DNA of 64,000 nt from Actinomycetota bacterium (GTDB lineage: Bacteria; Actinomycetota; Thermoleophilia; Miltoncostaeales; Miltoncostaeaceae): NCBI GenBank assembly GCA_031376485.1, contig JANMDV010000057.1:14092-78091 (forward strand), written 5' to 3'. Below, piece after piece: positions 7,342 through 16,144 of the stretch. The stretch's first letter is position 1. Each line of letters opens with the position of its first letter. The notes under the pieces are model-generated. The model was given only the letters and a program-made list of their open reading frames with translations, ran no database searches and was not told the origin of the DNA. The translations under genes and the position numbers were made by a program.

Positions 7342-7733
7342 GACCGCTCCCCGTACGCCGCGGCCAGCTCCGGTTCGCCCTGCCGGGGCCCGCAACAGTA
7401 GATGCGGTGATCGCGGATGCCGGCGGGCCCGACGTCCATGACGTGGGCTTGGCGCACCACCCAGCTCGCGCCCTCGAATGTGCTGGTGCGCTCGAACTCG
7501 ACGACGACCCGGTCGCCATCGCGGACCGTGCTGAGGAACGAGAACCCCGGGTTTTCCTCCCAGCTGGCGTACCACTCCGCAAGCTTCTCGGCGACGGCGT
7601 CGACGCCCTCGGAGCTTTGGAAAGTGTTGGGGGTCATCGTGACGAGGCGGGCCTCGGGTGCGTATGCGGCGCGGATGCCGGCGGCGTCCTTGCTGTCGAT
7701 CGCTCCAAGCAGAGTTGTGACGAAGTCGCTCAT
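7338..7733 (-). CDS. NTF2-like (SnoaL-type) small protein
   Basis: Part of track ORF 7338..7775, starting at MSDFVTTLLGAIDSKDAAGIRAAY, with AAGGAA upstream. Size and pattern fit an NTF2-fold protein. Confidence 0.6.
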   Translation of the reverse strand: MSDFVTTLLGAIDSKDAAGIRAAYAPEARLVTMTPNTFQSSEGVDAVAEKLAEWYASWEENPGFSFLSTVRDGDRVVVEFERTSTFEGASWVVRQAHVMDVGPAGIRDHRIYCCGPRQGEPELAAAYGERS

Positions 7734-7838
7734 GACGTTCCTTTCGGCTGAGTTGATCGAGCGTGTCGGGGCCATCGTGACGGGGCATCGTCAAGCCACC
7801 GTCAACGACGCGTCACCACATCGTGAGGAAGTGTCAAT

Positions 7839-7989
7839 GAATAACTACTGCGGCGGAGGGCGAGCGAAAACTCAAAGTCACGGCGGTGTCCGCGAGCCTC
7901 GCCGCTACTGGTGGTAACGGCGATCTCGGCGACGCCATATCGCGACGGTTTGCAGCCGCCAAACTGTTCAGTAGTTTTTGCGCGGACCC
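7839..7989 (+). repeat. palindromic intergenic repeat, copy D
   Basis: ATAACTACTG..GGCGAGCGAAAACTC..GCGAGCCTCGCCGCTACTGGTGGTAACGGCGATCTCGG..CGCGACGGTTTGCAGCCGCCAAACTGTTCAGTAGTTTTTGCGCGGACCC. It lies in a divergent promoter region. Confidence 0.85.
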
Positions 7990-8082
7990 TAACGGCGGAG
8001 TACGCGCCGCGTCAACAGCCTGGGCGCCGCAGTCGGGGCCGCGGACTTGCCCTCCACACCCCGCCCCGCAAGACTGACCGTG

Positions 8083-11000
8083 ATGATGCACGCCCGGCTC
8101 TTCGGTGATCTGGCCGTCTGGGTGGACGGACGGGAGGTCCCTCCACTCCAGGGGCTTCGGCCGCGCTCCCTGATGGCATACCTGCTGTTGCACCCGGGTC
8201 TTCATCCACGAACCCGGCTGGCTGGCAGGTTCTGGCCGGACGTGCTCGAGACGAGCGCCCGGGCGTCGCTCCGCAGCGCGCTGTGGTCGGTGCGCGCGGC
8301 GCTCGAGGAGGCAGGCGGGGCCGAGTACCTCCACGCCGACCGGTCAAGCGTGGGCATCACGCCACAACTGCCGCGGACGGTCGATGCGGAGGAGTTCGAT
8401 CGACTCGTGAGCGCTGGTGACCCAACGTCGCTGCGGGGCGCGGTGGACATCGCCGCCGCCCCGTTGCTTGCAGACCTGGCAGACGAGTGGGCCCTGGACG
8501 CGCAGGACGCACACCGCGAGCGGCTCGTCGACGTGCTCGAGCGGCTCGCCGCCGACGCGGAAGACGCCGGTGACATGGTCGGTGCGGTCCGTTGGACACG
8601 CGCGGTGCTCGGGCACGATCGCCTCCGCGAGAGCGCCCATCGGGCACTGATGCGTCGTCTCGACGCATGCGGCGAACGGGCGCAGGCGCTCACCGCGTAC
8701 CGGCGCGCCCGCGCGGTGCTCGCGGCCGAACTCGGAGTCGCGCCTTCGAGCGAGACTCGAGCCCTCGCCGAAACCCTTCGCGCAGACCACCGCGAGGATG
8801 GCGATGCCGTCGAGCCGACGCAGAATGTCGCCACTCCGCGGCGCCTCGCTGTGGCCGCATGCCGCGACAAGCCGGTCATGATCGGGCGCGACCGTGAGCT
8901 CGACATCCTGCTCGACGCATGGACGCACGCACGCGCGGGCCGCGGAGGCTTGGCACTCATCGGCGGACCACCCGGCATCGGTAAGAGCCGCCTCGTCGAT
9001 GCGCTCGTCGAGCGTGCTCGCGCCGACAGCGCCCGGATCGCTTCCGGCGCCGCACTGGAGCTTGCGGGCGCGCCGCCGCTTGCCCCCTGGATTGAGGCGC
9101 TTCGTGACCTCATCGCGGCGGGGACGCCACCGCCCGACGTCGCCTGGCCGTCGGATCTTGCGCGCCTCTCAGCGGTGGTGGAGTCGACCTGGCACAGGGC
9201 GCCGGGATCGCTGGCGCTTTCGCCCGATCTGGAACGGGTGCGGATCTTCGAGGCGGTGCTCGAGATGGTCGCCTGGTCTGCGGACACCCAACCCCTCGTG
9301 CTCGTGCTCGAGGACCTCCACCGTGCCGACAGCACCAGCCTCGCGCTGCTCGCGCACATCGGGCGCCGCCTCGAGGCCTCCTCCGCGCTGATCGTGGTCA
9401 CGCGCCGCCTTGTCCCCGGCAATCCTGAACTCGATCTGGCGATCGACGCGATCCGCCGTCGCGGAGGCATCCGAGTGGATGTCGAACTCGACCGACTCAC
9501 CGACGCGGACGTTGCGCGGCTGGTCGGCGCGGCCGGCCTGAACCCCGACCTCGCGGCCAGGGTTGTCATCGCGGCCGAGGGGAACCCGCTGCTGGCGTCC
9601 GAAGGTGCCCGCGCCGCCGCTGACGGACGGGATCCCGCTGAGGGGCTCCACGGCGTGGTCCGTGGTCCGCTCGGGCAGCTCACGACGCGAGCACGGACGC
9701 TCGTCGACGTGATCGCCGCGGCAGGACGGCCGCTCGATCTGGGTGAGGCGCTCGACGCGATCGGCGATGAGGACCTGCACGACCCGCTCGAGGAAGGAAT
9801 CGCCGCCGGGCTCCTCGACCATCACGGCGACCGGCGTGTGCGTTTCGTGCACGACCTGGTTCGCAGAGCCTGCTACACCTCACTCTCCGAGGCTCGGCGG
9901 GCAGATGCGCACCGACGGCTGGCCGTCGCCCTGACCCGGCGCCCACATCGGCAGAACGCGGAGATCGCCAGGCATATGATCCTCGGTGGCAACCTCGACG
10001 CTGCCCGCCGGCACCTGGCGGCGGCGGCGCACGAGGCCCGCGGCATTGGTGCACTTGACGAGAGCGCTGCATTCCTGCGGGAGGCGCTCGAACTCGCAAG
10101 CAGCGACGGGGCGATGGACGCGGAGCTCTGGCTGGCCCTCGCCGACGTCAGCGCGTGGCGCGCCGACCGCGACGCCATGGACGATGCGTTTGCGCACGCC
10201 GTCACCGCGCTGGAGGTGCGCCACGACACGGCGGGACTAGCGACCGCCCATGCCTTCCGGGCGCGATGGCTGCACACGACGCTGTGCTACCCGGCGGAGG
10301 CGCTTGCTGCGAGCACCCGCTCCCTCGAGATGATCGGACGGACAGACGAGGCGCTGCCGGAAGCGCACCTGTTGGCGCTCACGAGCGCCGCATGGGCGCA
10401 GTCCGTCGCGGGAGATCCCGCTGTCGTGGACGGGCTGATCCAGGACGCGCGAACCAGGCTTCAGGGCATGGGCGACCGCAGCCTGGAGGCCGAGTTGGAG
10501 CATGCGCGCGGGACCGCGTTGGTCCGGTCGGGGGCGTTCGCAGAGGCGATCGGTGTGTGCGAGCGAGCGGCCGAGCTGGCCCATCTGGCCGGTCGTCCGC
10601 AGGTCGCGGCGCTCGCGATGCTGACGGCCGCGTGCGCGGCGGCATGCGTCGGCGACGTCGATCGCGTGCTGAGCATCGCGGAGACGGTGGCCGGACGGCC
10701 GTGGCCGGGGCGGTCGCTCGAGGCCCAGGTCCGTGCGGCTCGCGCCTATGCCCTGTCGCGCCTCGGACGGATGCCCGAAGCGATCCGGGCGGCGCGGGAG
10801 AACGTCGAGCTGGCGAGCGGGGCGGACAACCACGACATCGCAGCGGTCGCAGAGTTCGACCTCGGGTCGATCCTGCTCGCGGCAGGCTCTCCACGGGAGG
10901 CCGCTGAGCGGCTCGGCGCGGCGCTCGAGGTGGTCGGCGCGCCTATTCCGCGCGCCGTCGCACGCCTCCGGCTGTCCGAAGCGCTCGTTTCGTTCGGGGA

Positions 11001-11340
11001 TTCGGAGTGCGGGGAACGCGAGCTCGCGCAGGTGCCGTTCGAGCCGATCGGACCTGCGGACGCGCCCGCAACGCTCGTCGCGCAGCTCGCGCGCGTCCAG
11101 GGGCTCATCGCGACCGCGCGAGGGGATGCGAAGCTCGCCGCGCGCCGATTCGCCGAGGCGGAGCGGGTGTGGCGACGAATGTCCCGCGCCCCATCCGGCG
11201 ACGCATACGCGGCGGTGCTTCTCGACCTCGGCCGCCCGCCCATCGCGGGCCTGGTCGAGCCCGCGCGCGAACTCGAACGCCTCGCTCAGGACCGGGCGCA
11301 GCTGAACGGAGCGGTCACAACGAGACGAACGGTCGGGTGA
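8083..11340 (+). CDS. SARP/AfsR-family regulator with BTAD, P-loop NTPase (STAND) and TPR-like C-terminal region
   Basis: Track ORF 8047..11340. Starts near MMHARLFGDLAVWVDGREV (winged-helix OmpR/SARP). Has BTAD (AYRRARAVLAAELGVAPSSETRAL), Walker A LIGGPPGIGKS and a long Ala/Leu helical repeat tail. Confidence 0.85.
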   Translation: MMHARLFGDLAVWVDGREVPPLQGLRPRSLMAYLLLHPGLHPRTRLAGRFWPDVLETSARASLRSALWSVRAALEEAGGAEYLHADRSSVGITPQLPRTVDAEEFDRLVSAGDPTSLRGAVDIAAAPLLADLADEWALDAQDAHRERLVDVLERLAADAEDAGDMVGAVRWTRAVLGHDRLRESAHRALMRRLDACGERAQALTAYRRARAVLAAELGVAPSSETRALAETLRADHREDGDAVEPTQNVATPRRLAVAACRDKPVMIGRDRELDILLDAWTHARAGRGGLALIGGPPGIGKSRLVDALVERARADSARIASGAALELAGAPPLAPWIEALRDLIAAGTPPPDVAWPSDLARLSAVVESTWHRAPGSLALSPDLERVRIFEAVLEMVAWSADTQPLVLVLEDLHRADSTSLALLAHIGRRLEASSALIVVTRRLVPGNPELDLAIDAIRRRGGIRVDVELDRLTDADVARLVGAAGLNPDLAARVVIAAEGNPLLASEGARAAADGRDPAEGLHGVVRGPLGQLTTRARTLVDVIAAAGRPLDLGEALDAIGDEDLHDPLEEGIAAGLLDHHGDRRVRFVHDLVRRACYTSLSEARRADAHRRLAVALTRRPHRQNAEIARHMILGGNLDAARRHLAAAAHEARGIGALDESAAFLREALELASSDGAMDAELWLALADVSAWRADRDAMDDAFAHAVTALEVRHDTAGLATAHAFRARWLHTTLCYPAEALAASTRSLEMIGRTDEALPEAHLLALTSAAWAQSVAGDPAVVDGLIQDARTRLQGMGDRSLEAELEHARGTALVRSGAFAEAIGVCERAAELAHLAGRPQVAALAMLTAACAAACVGDVDRVLSIAETVAGRPWPGRSLEAQVRAARAYALSRLGRMPEAIRAARENVELASGADNHDIAAVAEFDLGSILLAAGSPREAAERLGAALEVVGAPIPRAVARLRLSEALVSFGDSECGERELAQVPFEPIGPADAPATLVAQLARVQGLIATARGDAKLAARRFAEAERVWRRMSRAPSGDAYAAVLLDLGRPPIAGLVEPARELERLAQDRAQLNGAVTTRRTVG

Positions 11341-11729
11341 TGGAAGGGTTCGAAGAACGCGCAGTGTGTCGCGCACCGGCGGAAGAGGTGTTCAAGCTCC
11401 TGTGGGATCTGAACCGGCTCCCTGAATGGTGGGCAGGAATGGAACGCGTGGAACGCGGAGACGACGGTCAGATCCTCCGCTTCATGGAGGCATGGCCTGA
11501 CTTCGCGTACCCGACGAGACTGGAGGGGCGTCGCCATGGGACACGTGTGACGATCTCCTGCCTCCTCTCGGACATCGTCCACGATTGGACTTTGGAACCG
11601 CATCCGGACGGGTGCGTCGTCGTCGTCCGAGTGGAGCTGCCGGAGACCGAGTCACACCGTCTCGGCGCGCAACGTGACGAGGTCGGCGCGTCGTTGGTGC
11701 AGTTGGTCGCGCTCGCCGAGCGTGAGTGA
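11340..11729 (+). CDS. SRPBCC (START/polyketide-cyclase-like) family protein
   Basis: The C-terminal part of track ORF 11007..11729, starting at MEGFEERAVCRAPAEEVFKLLWDLNRLPEWW. Its ATG shares one base with the SARP stop (TGATG). Confidence 0.6.
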   Translation: MEGFEERAVCRAPAEEVFKLLWDLNRLPEWWAGMERVERGDDGQILRFMEAWPDFAYPTRLEGRRHGTRVTISCLLSDIVHDWTLEPHPDGCVVVVRVELPETESHRLGAQRDEVGASLVQLVALAERE

Positions 11730-11767
11730 GCAATCTGAAGGGCACGCCACCGAGACCACGGCGGGCG

Positions 11768-12787
11768 TCAGGCCGAGACCGGCTCGATCCCCCGCAGGGC
11801 GAGCTGGCCGCACGCGGCGTCGATGTCCGCACCGCGAGAGCGGCGGACCGACGGCGTGACCCCGGCGCGCTCGAGCGCGGCGATGAACGTCTCGCGACGA
11901 GTGGACGAGCTGCCCCGGTAAGGGCCTTCGGTCGGGTTGTACTCGATGATGTTGACGTGGAAGTTCCCGTCGCGCACGAGCGACGCCAGGCGCCCGGCAT
12001 CCGACACCGAGTCGTTGACCTCGTGCAACAACAGGTACTCGATGAACACGCGGCGACCGGTGGTGTCGCAGTACCTGCGACAGGCGGCGAGCAGGTTTGC
12101 GATGGGCCACCTGTTGTTGATCGGCATCATCGCCGAACGCGTCGCGTCGTCGGCCGCGTGCAACGAGATCGCCAGACGGACGCTCAGCGGGTGGCGTGAG
12201 AGTTCGTCGATTCCCGGCACCCAGCCCGCCGTCGAGATCGCGACCTTACGGGTGGACAGCCCGAGGCCCTCCGGATCGCAGATTTGTGCCGCAGCGGCGA
12301 GCACCGCCTGCAGGTTTTGCAGCGGCTCGCCCATCCCCATGAACACGACGTTGGTCACACGGGCGTCGTCGCGCTCGGCCGCGCCCGCGGCCAGCACGAC
12401 CTGATCCACGATCTCCTCGTCGGTCAAGTTACGTCCGGCGCCCAGCCGGGCCGTTGCGCAGAACCGGCATCCGAGCGCGCACCCCACCTGGCTGGACACA
12501 CACACCGTACGCCGGCCTTTGGCGTGCGCGATCGACACGGTCTCGATCCGCGCCCCGTCGCCCGCGCGGAGCGCCCACTTGACGGTGTGGTCGGTCGAGA
12601 GGGCCGACGACTCCGGCGTGACCGACCAAAACGGCACCGCTTCGGCGACGAGTTCACGGAGGGCCTTGGGCCAGCTGGTGACCCCGTCCCATTCGGAGGC
12701 GCCGCGGCGCTTGGCCTCGGCCACCTGGCGGGAGCGGTACGTCGGCTCGCCCAGGTCGGCGAGGAATGCCTCGATGGCCGTGCTCAC
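11768..12787 (-). CDS. rlmN: 23S rRNA/tRNA adenine-C2 methyltransferase, radical SAM
   Basis: Track ORF 11768..12787. Has the radical-SAM motif GCALGCRFCAT and also GMGEPL. The GTG start overlaps the upstream stop (GTGA). Confidence 0.9.
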   Translation of the reverse strand: MSTAIEAFLADLGEPTYRSRQVAEAKRRGASEWDGVTSWPKALRELVAEAVPFWSVTPESSALSTDHTVKWALRAGDGARIETVSIAHAKGRRTVCVSSQVGCALGCRFCATARLGAGRNLTDEEIVDQVVLAAGAAERDDARVTNVVFMGMGEPLQNLQAVLAAAAQICDPEGLGLSTRKVAISTAGWVPGIDELSRHPLSVRLAISLHAADDATRSAMMPINNRWPIANLLAACRRYCDTTGRRVFIEYLLLHEVNDSVSDAGRLASLVRDGNFHVNIIEYNPTEGPYRGSSSTRRETFIAALERAGVTPSVRRSRGADIDAACGQLALRGIEPVSA

Positions 12788-13917
12788 GGCGTGGCCGCCG
12801 ACGGCAAGGCTTTGGGGCTATTCACGAATACCGGCCACGCGGCCTTCTCGACGCCGTCCTCGCGCAGCAACCCCAGATATCGGCCCGAAGTGTCGCGCAC
12901 CGAGCCCCAGATCGCCAGCCGCACGCGCGGCTGCGCCGCGAGTCGCTGCAATCCTTGGGTCAGGAACGCGGCCTGATCGGCCTCCGACAACCCGCCGGGT
13001 GGCGTCGCATAACCGAACCGGGTGATCAGCACCGGCGCCCCGGGGGCGAGCGTGTCGAGTTCTTGCATCAGTCGCGGCATCGTCGCGAATGATGGCACCA
13101 CATCGGACGCCGCGCTCGGAGGGATGGTCGGCTCGATGTGTTGAGCGACGGCATCCATGCGCGGAGCGAGTGCCGCGAGACCCGCGATCCAGTCCAGCAC
13201 GCTGACGCCGCCGGCCGGAGGCACGCTCATTTCGATGTGCGCCGCGCTCGAGCCGACGACGATGGCGTCAGACGTCACCGCCGTGATCTCGGTGTACGCA
13301 CGATCGAGCAGCCCGGCGTAGATCGCCGGTGAGGCGGGCGCGGTTCCCGCCGCGTCCCATTGCGGCATCAGCTTGAGCGGGTTGTTGGGTTCGTCCCACG
13401 GTTCGTACACCCGCACCCGTCCGTGTTGCTGCCCTTGGTACCGCGTCGCGAACGCGCGCACGAACGCGCCGTACGCCTCGACGTCCGGGGCGGCCTCGGG
13501 GCCGTTGCCGCCGTTCGCCCATCCCGGCGATCCCGCGAACACGACGATCGGCTCGATGTTGCGCGCGGCGAGACCGTCCAACACCTCGTCGTAGCGGGTC
13601 CACCGGTAGGCGGGGTCGTCGGGGTCGGCAGGCGCGGCGGGACGCGTCACCGCGATCGCCGGCCACGACACGTCGACCCGCGCGAAGACCACGCCGCTCG
13701 ACGCGATCCGATCGATGCGCGTCGCAACCGGGTCGTCGATGACACCGGTGATCTGGTCGTCCTGCAGACCCACCGTCAACGCACCCGCGCGAAACGGGCT
13801 GTCGGCGCGCGATCCCCCGGACGGATCGCCACCGTTCGCGGCGACCAGGATGAGCATTGTCACGAGGGCGACGAGTGCCCCCGCGCCGCTCAGCACGGTC
13901 ACGATCCGACGGCTCAT
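12784..13917 (-). CDS. secreted glycoside-hydrolase-like (clan GH-A TIM barrel) protein, probably non-catalytic paralogue
   Basis: Track ORF 12784..13917 with an N-terminal signal anchor. Aligns by eye with the 44696..45838 protein (PDDPAYRW.RYD, EPN, GY motifs). It has WDEPN and TRFGY where the paralogue has RNEPN and SETGY. Confidence 0.6.
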   Translation of the reverse strand: MSRRIVTVLSGAGALVALVTMLILVAANGGDPSGGSRADSPFRAGALTVGLQDDQITGVIDDPVATRIDRIASSGVVFARVDVSWPAIAVTRPAAPADPDDPAYRWTRYDEVLDGLAARNIEPIVVFAGSPGWANGGNGPEAAPDVEAYGAFVRAFATRYQGQQHGRVRVYEPWDEPNNPLKLMPQWDAAGTAPASPAIYAGLLDRAYTEITAVTSDAIVVGSSAAHIEMSVPPAGGVSVLDWIAGLAALAPRMDAVAQHIEPTIPPSAASDVVPSFATMPRLMQELDTLAPGAPVLITRFGYATPPGGLSEADQAAFLTQGLQRLAAQPRVRLAIWGSVRDTSGRYLGLLREDGVEKAAWPVFVNSPKALPSAATP

Positions 13918-14936
13918 CGCAACGCCTCGGCGATGCGTCGCAGTTCAGACGGAATGTCGCCGCCTGGTTGGATCGCGAGTTCCGTAACGCCGTCGCGCGC
14001 CATGGCATCGGCGCGCGCGCGCAACACCGAAGCTGTCCCGCAGAAGCCGAATCGCGCGATGTTGTCGGCCGTGACGACCGCCACGTCCTGCGGCAGCACG
14101 ACCTCGCTCAGGTGCCCGCGGTGCAGTTCCTGATGGCGTCGATCGACGGAAAGGGCGGTGGTCACGTCACGAATGTACGCCTCGGCCTGATCGCGAAGCC
14201 CGCGATCCAGTCCCTGCAGCCTCCACGGCTGTTCGCAGAACGCGTGGAACGCCACCGCCACCACCGGTCCGACCGCCGCTCGAAGACGCGGGCTGTCCAG
14301 GGGCTCGCCGTCCTCGGCGACTGCACCCACCGCGTGGACCACCAGCGGCATGTCGGGCCCGATCGCCTCGCGAACCAGTCCGAGACCGCCCGGGAAGAAC
14401 ACACCCGTCATCGCACCATCCGCGATGCGCCGTGCCAGCGCCTGTGCACGTAGCCCCCGGCATGAGACGAGGATCGGCACGTCCCCCGCGCCCTCGGCGC
14501 CCCGCACAGGGATCGGACGCACGGGACGACCACCCTCGGCGTGTGTGATCTCGCCTCCCGCCAGGAGCGTGCGCAGATCGAGGACCTCGCGCTCCAGCGC
14601 GCCCAACCGCACCGGCCCCAACCCGAGCGTGAAACGACCGGTGAACCCCGCGCCGACGGCCACCACCACACGGCCAGGGGCAATCGCCGAAAGGGAGCGC
14701 AGGCCGCCAGCCGTCGCGACGGGCGTCCGCAGGCCGGGAACGACGACGCCGATGCCAAGACCGATACGTGAGGTGCGTTCGGCCGCGCGCGCAAGGGTGA
14801 CAAAGGGGTCGTGGTAGAGCAGCGGCGAGTCGTAGCACCACGCGCAGTCGAATCCCAGGTCCTCGGCCAGGGCGATGTGCGCGGGGGTGTCACGTACGGG
14901 CGCGAAGAAGACAGACAGCTTGAGTGACCGTGTCAT
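13914..14936 (-). CDS. LLM-class (luciferase-like) F420/flavin-dependent oxidoreductase
   Basis: Part of track ORF 13914..15185, starting at MTRSLKLSVFFAPVRDTPAHIALAEDLGFDCAWCYDSPLLY. ATGA overlaps occur at both ends. Confidence 0.8.
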   Translation of the reverse strand: MTRSLKLSVFFAPVRDTPAHIALAEDLGFDCAWCYDSPLLYHDPFVTLARAAERTSRIGLGIGVVVPGLRTPVATAGGLRSLSAIAPGRVVVAVGAGFTGRFTLGLGPVRLGALEREVLDLRTLLAGGEITHAEGGRPVRPIPVRGAEGAGDVPILVSCRGLRAQALARRIADGAMTGVFFPGGLGLVREAIGPDMPLVVHAVGAVAEDGEPLDSPRLRAAVGPVVAVAFHAFCEQPWRLQGLDRGLRDQAEAYIRDVTTALSVDRRHQELHRGHLSEVVLPQDVAVVTADNIARFGFCGTASVLRARADAMARDGVTELAIQPGGDIPSELRRIAEALR

Positions 14937-16144
14937 GGGGCGCCTGCCAAACCTTCGTCCACGGCGGGTTCCCGATAGACGATGACCTCGCGGAAGTTGC
15001 GCCGACCGACGGTCAGCACGAACGTGGCGATGATGGCCGCGAGGCCCGAGAACACGGCCATTGTTGCGGTCAAGCCGATGGCGCGCGAAAGGTATCCCAG
15101 GCCCACGCTCGGCACCGTACCTGCGTAGCAGCACGTGTACAGCGCCGAGACGAGCTTGCCGCGCTCGTGCATCGGAACGACACAACTGCAGATGGTGGTG
15201 CCCCCCTGCAAGATCAATCCGTTCGTGAAGCCCACGACCCCGGCCGCGACGATGACGAGCACGACAGTGCCCACCCAGGCGGCGCTGACGACAAGCAGGG
15301 ACGCAATCGTGGACGCGACGATGCCGATGATGACCGCGCGACGCGGCTCGATCCCCCGGAAGAAGAACGGCGTGAACCCGCCCGCGGCCAGGATCAAGAA
15401 TCCGACGAGCCCGACGAGCGCCAGGTTGCGCTCACCGAGGGTGTCCACCATATAGAGCGGCGCCAGCGACAAGAACGTCGCGTCCAGGAAGCTCATCAGG
15501 AACCCGGCCGGTGCGATGAACGTCGCGAACCCCCGAAATTGTCCCTGCGGCACCCCGATCCGGATTGCGAAACGGCCACCTCCGCGACGCCGCGTCAACG
15601 TCTCCGGGGCCGCGACAATGGCCAGGATCCCGACGATCATGAGGATCGCGTGGCTTTGGAACGGCCGGTGGATCGGGTCGGACCCATACTGTGCCATGAG
15701 CCCGGCGAGGCCCGGCCCCAGGCCGAAGCCCAGGCGAAATCCCATTCCGGCGAGTTGGGCGGCGAGTTCGCGGCGGTGGGGTGGGGCGTGGTCGACGACG
15801 AATGCTGCGCCGACGCCGAGGAACATCCCGATCGCGAGACCCTGCAGGACCCGGCCGGCGAACAACATCGGTACCGAGGTCGTGAACCCGAACAGCAGCG
15901 ACGCCGCGCTGATGATCGCCATCGCCGGCAGGATCAGGCGCTTGCGACCAAGGATGTCGCTCAGGTTGCCGGCGACAAGCATGGTCGGGACGACCGTCGC
16001 CGTGTACGTCGCGAACAGGAGCGCAATGGTTCCGGCCGACAGTCCGAACTGGTCCGCGTAGAGAGGAAACAACGGCGTGACGATGCTGGTTCCCATCGTG
16101 AACACGACCATCCCGACGAATGCCAGCCACGAGCCGCGGGTCAT
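14933..16144 (-). CDS. MFS transporter (12-TMS type)
   Basis: Track ORF 14933..16144. Polytopic, with the MFS motif A-like sequence LSDILGRKRLIL. Confidence 0.85.
   Translation of the reverse strand: MTRGSWLAFVGMVVFTMGTSIVTPLFPLYADQFGLSAGTIALLFATYTATVVPTMLVAGNLSDILGRKRLILPAMAIISAASLLFGFTTSVPMLFAGRVLQGLAIGMFLGVGAAFVVDHAPPHRRELAAQLAGMGFRLGFGLGPGLAGLMAQYGSDPIHRPFQSHAILMIVGILAIVAAPETLTRRRGGGRFAIRIGVPQGQFRGFATFIAPAGFLMSFLDATFLSLAPLYMVDTLGERNLALVGLVGFLILAAGGFTPFFFRGIEPRRAVIIGIVASTIASLLVVSAAWVGTVVLVIVAAGVVGFTNGLILQGGTTICSCVVPMHERGKLVSALYTCCYAGTVPSVGLGYLSRAIGLTATMAVFSGLAAIIATFVLTVGRRNFREVIVYREPAVDEGLAGAP

Noticed and set aside
6223-7794. N-terminal extensions of track ORFs. Examples: 6223..7794, 13914..15185, 16141..17943, 29116..31476, 33758..35113, 19228..19944, 40512..41261, 48285..49643, 53792..55297, 58000..59535.
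   Set aside because: The extensions run through the upstream gene in another frame and are Arg/Pro-rich. Internal ATG or GTG codons that overlap the upstream stop, or follow a ribosome-binding site, give N-termini matching the expected family starts.
2598-7989. Whether the clustered repeats are a CRISPR array.
   Set aside because: The units are about 160 nt, internally palindromic and irregularly spaced, with genes between them. Orientation varies and no cas genes or leader are present.
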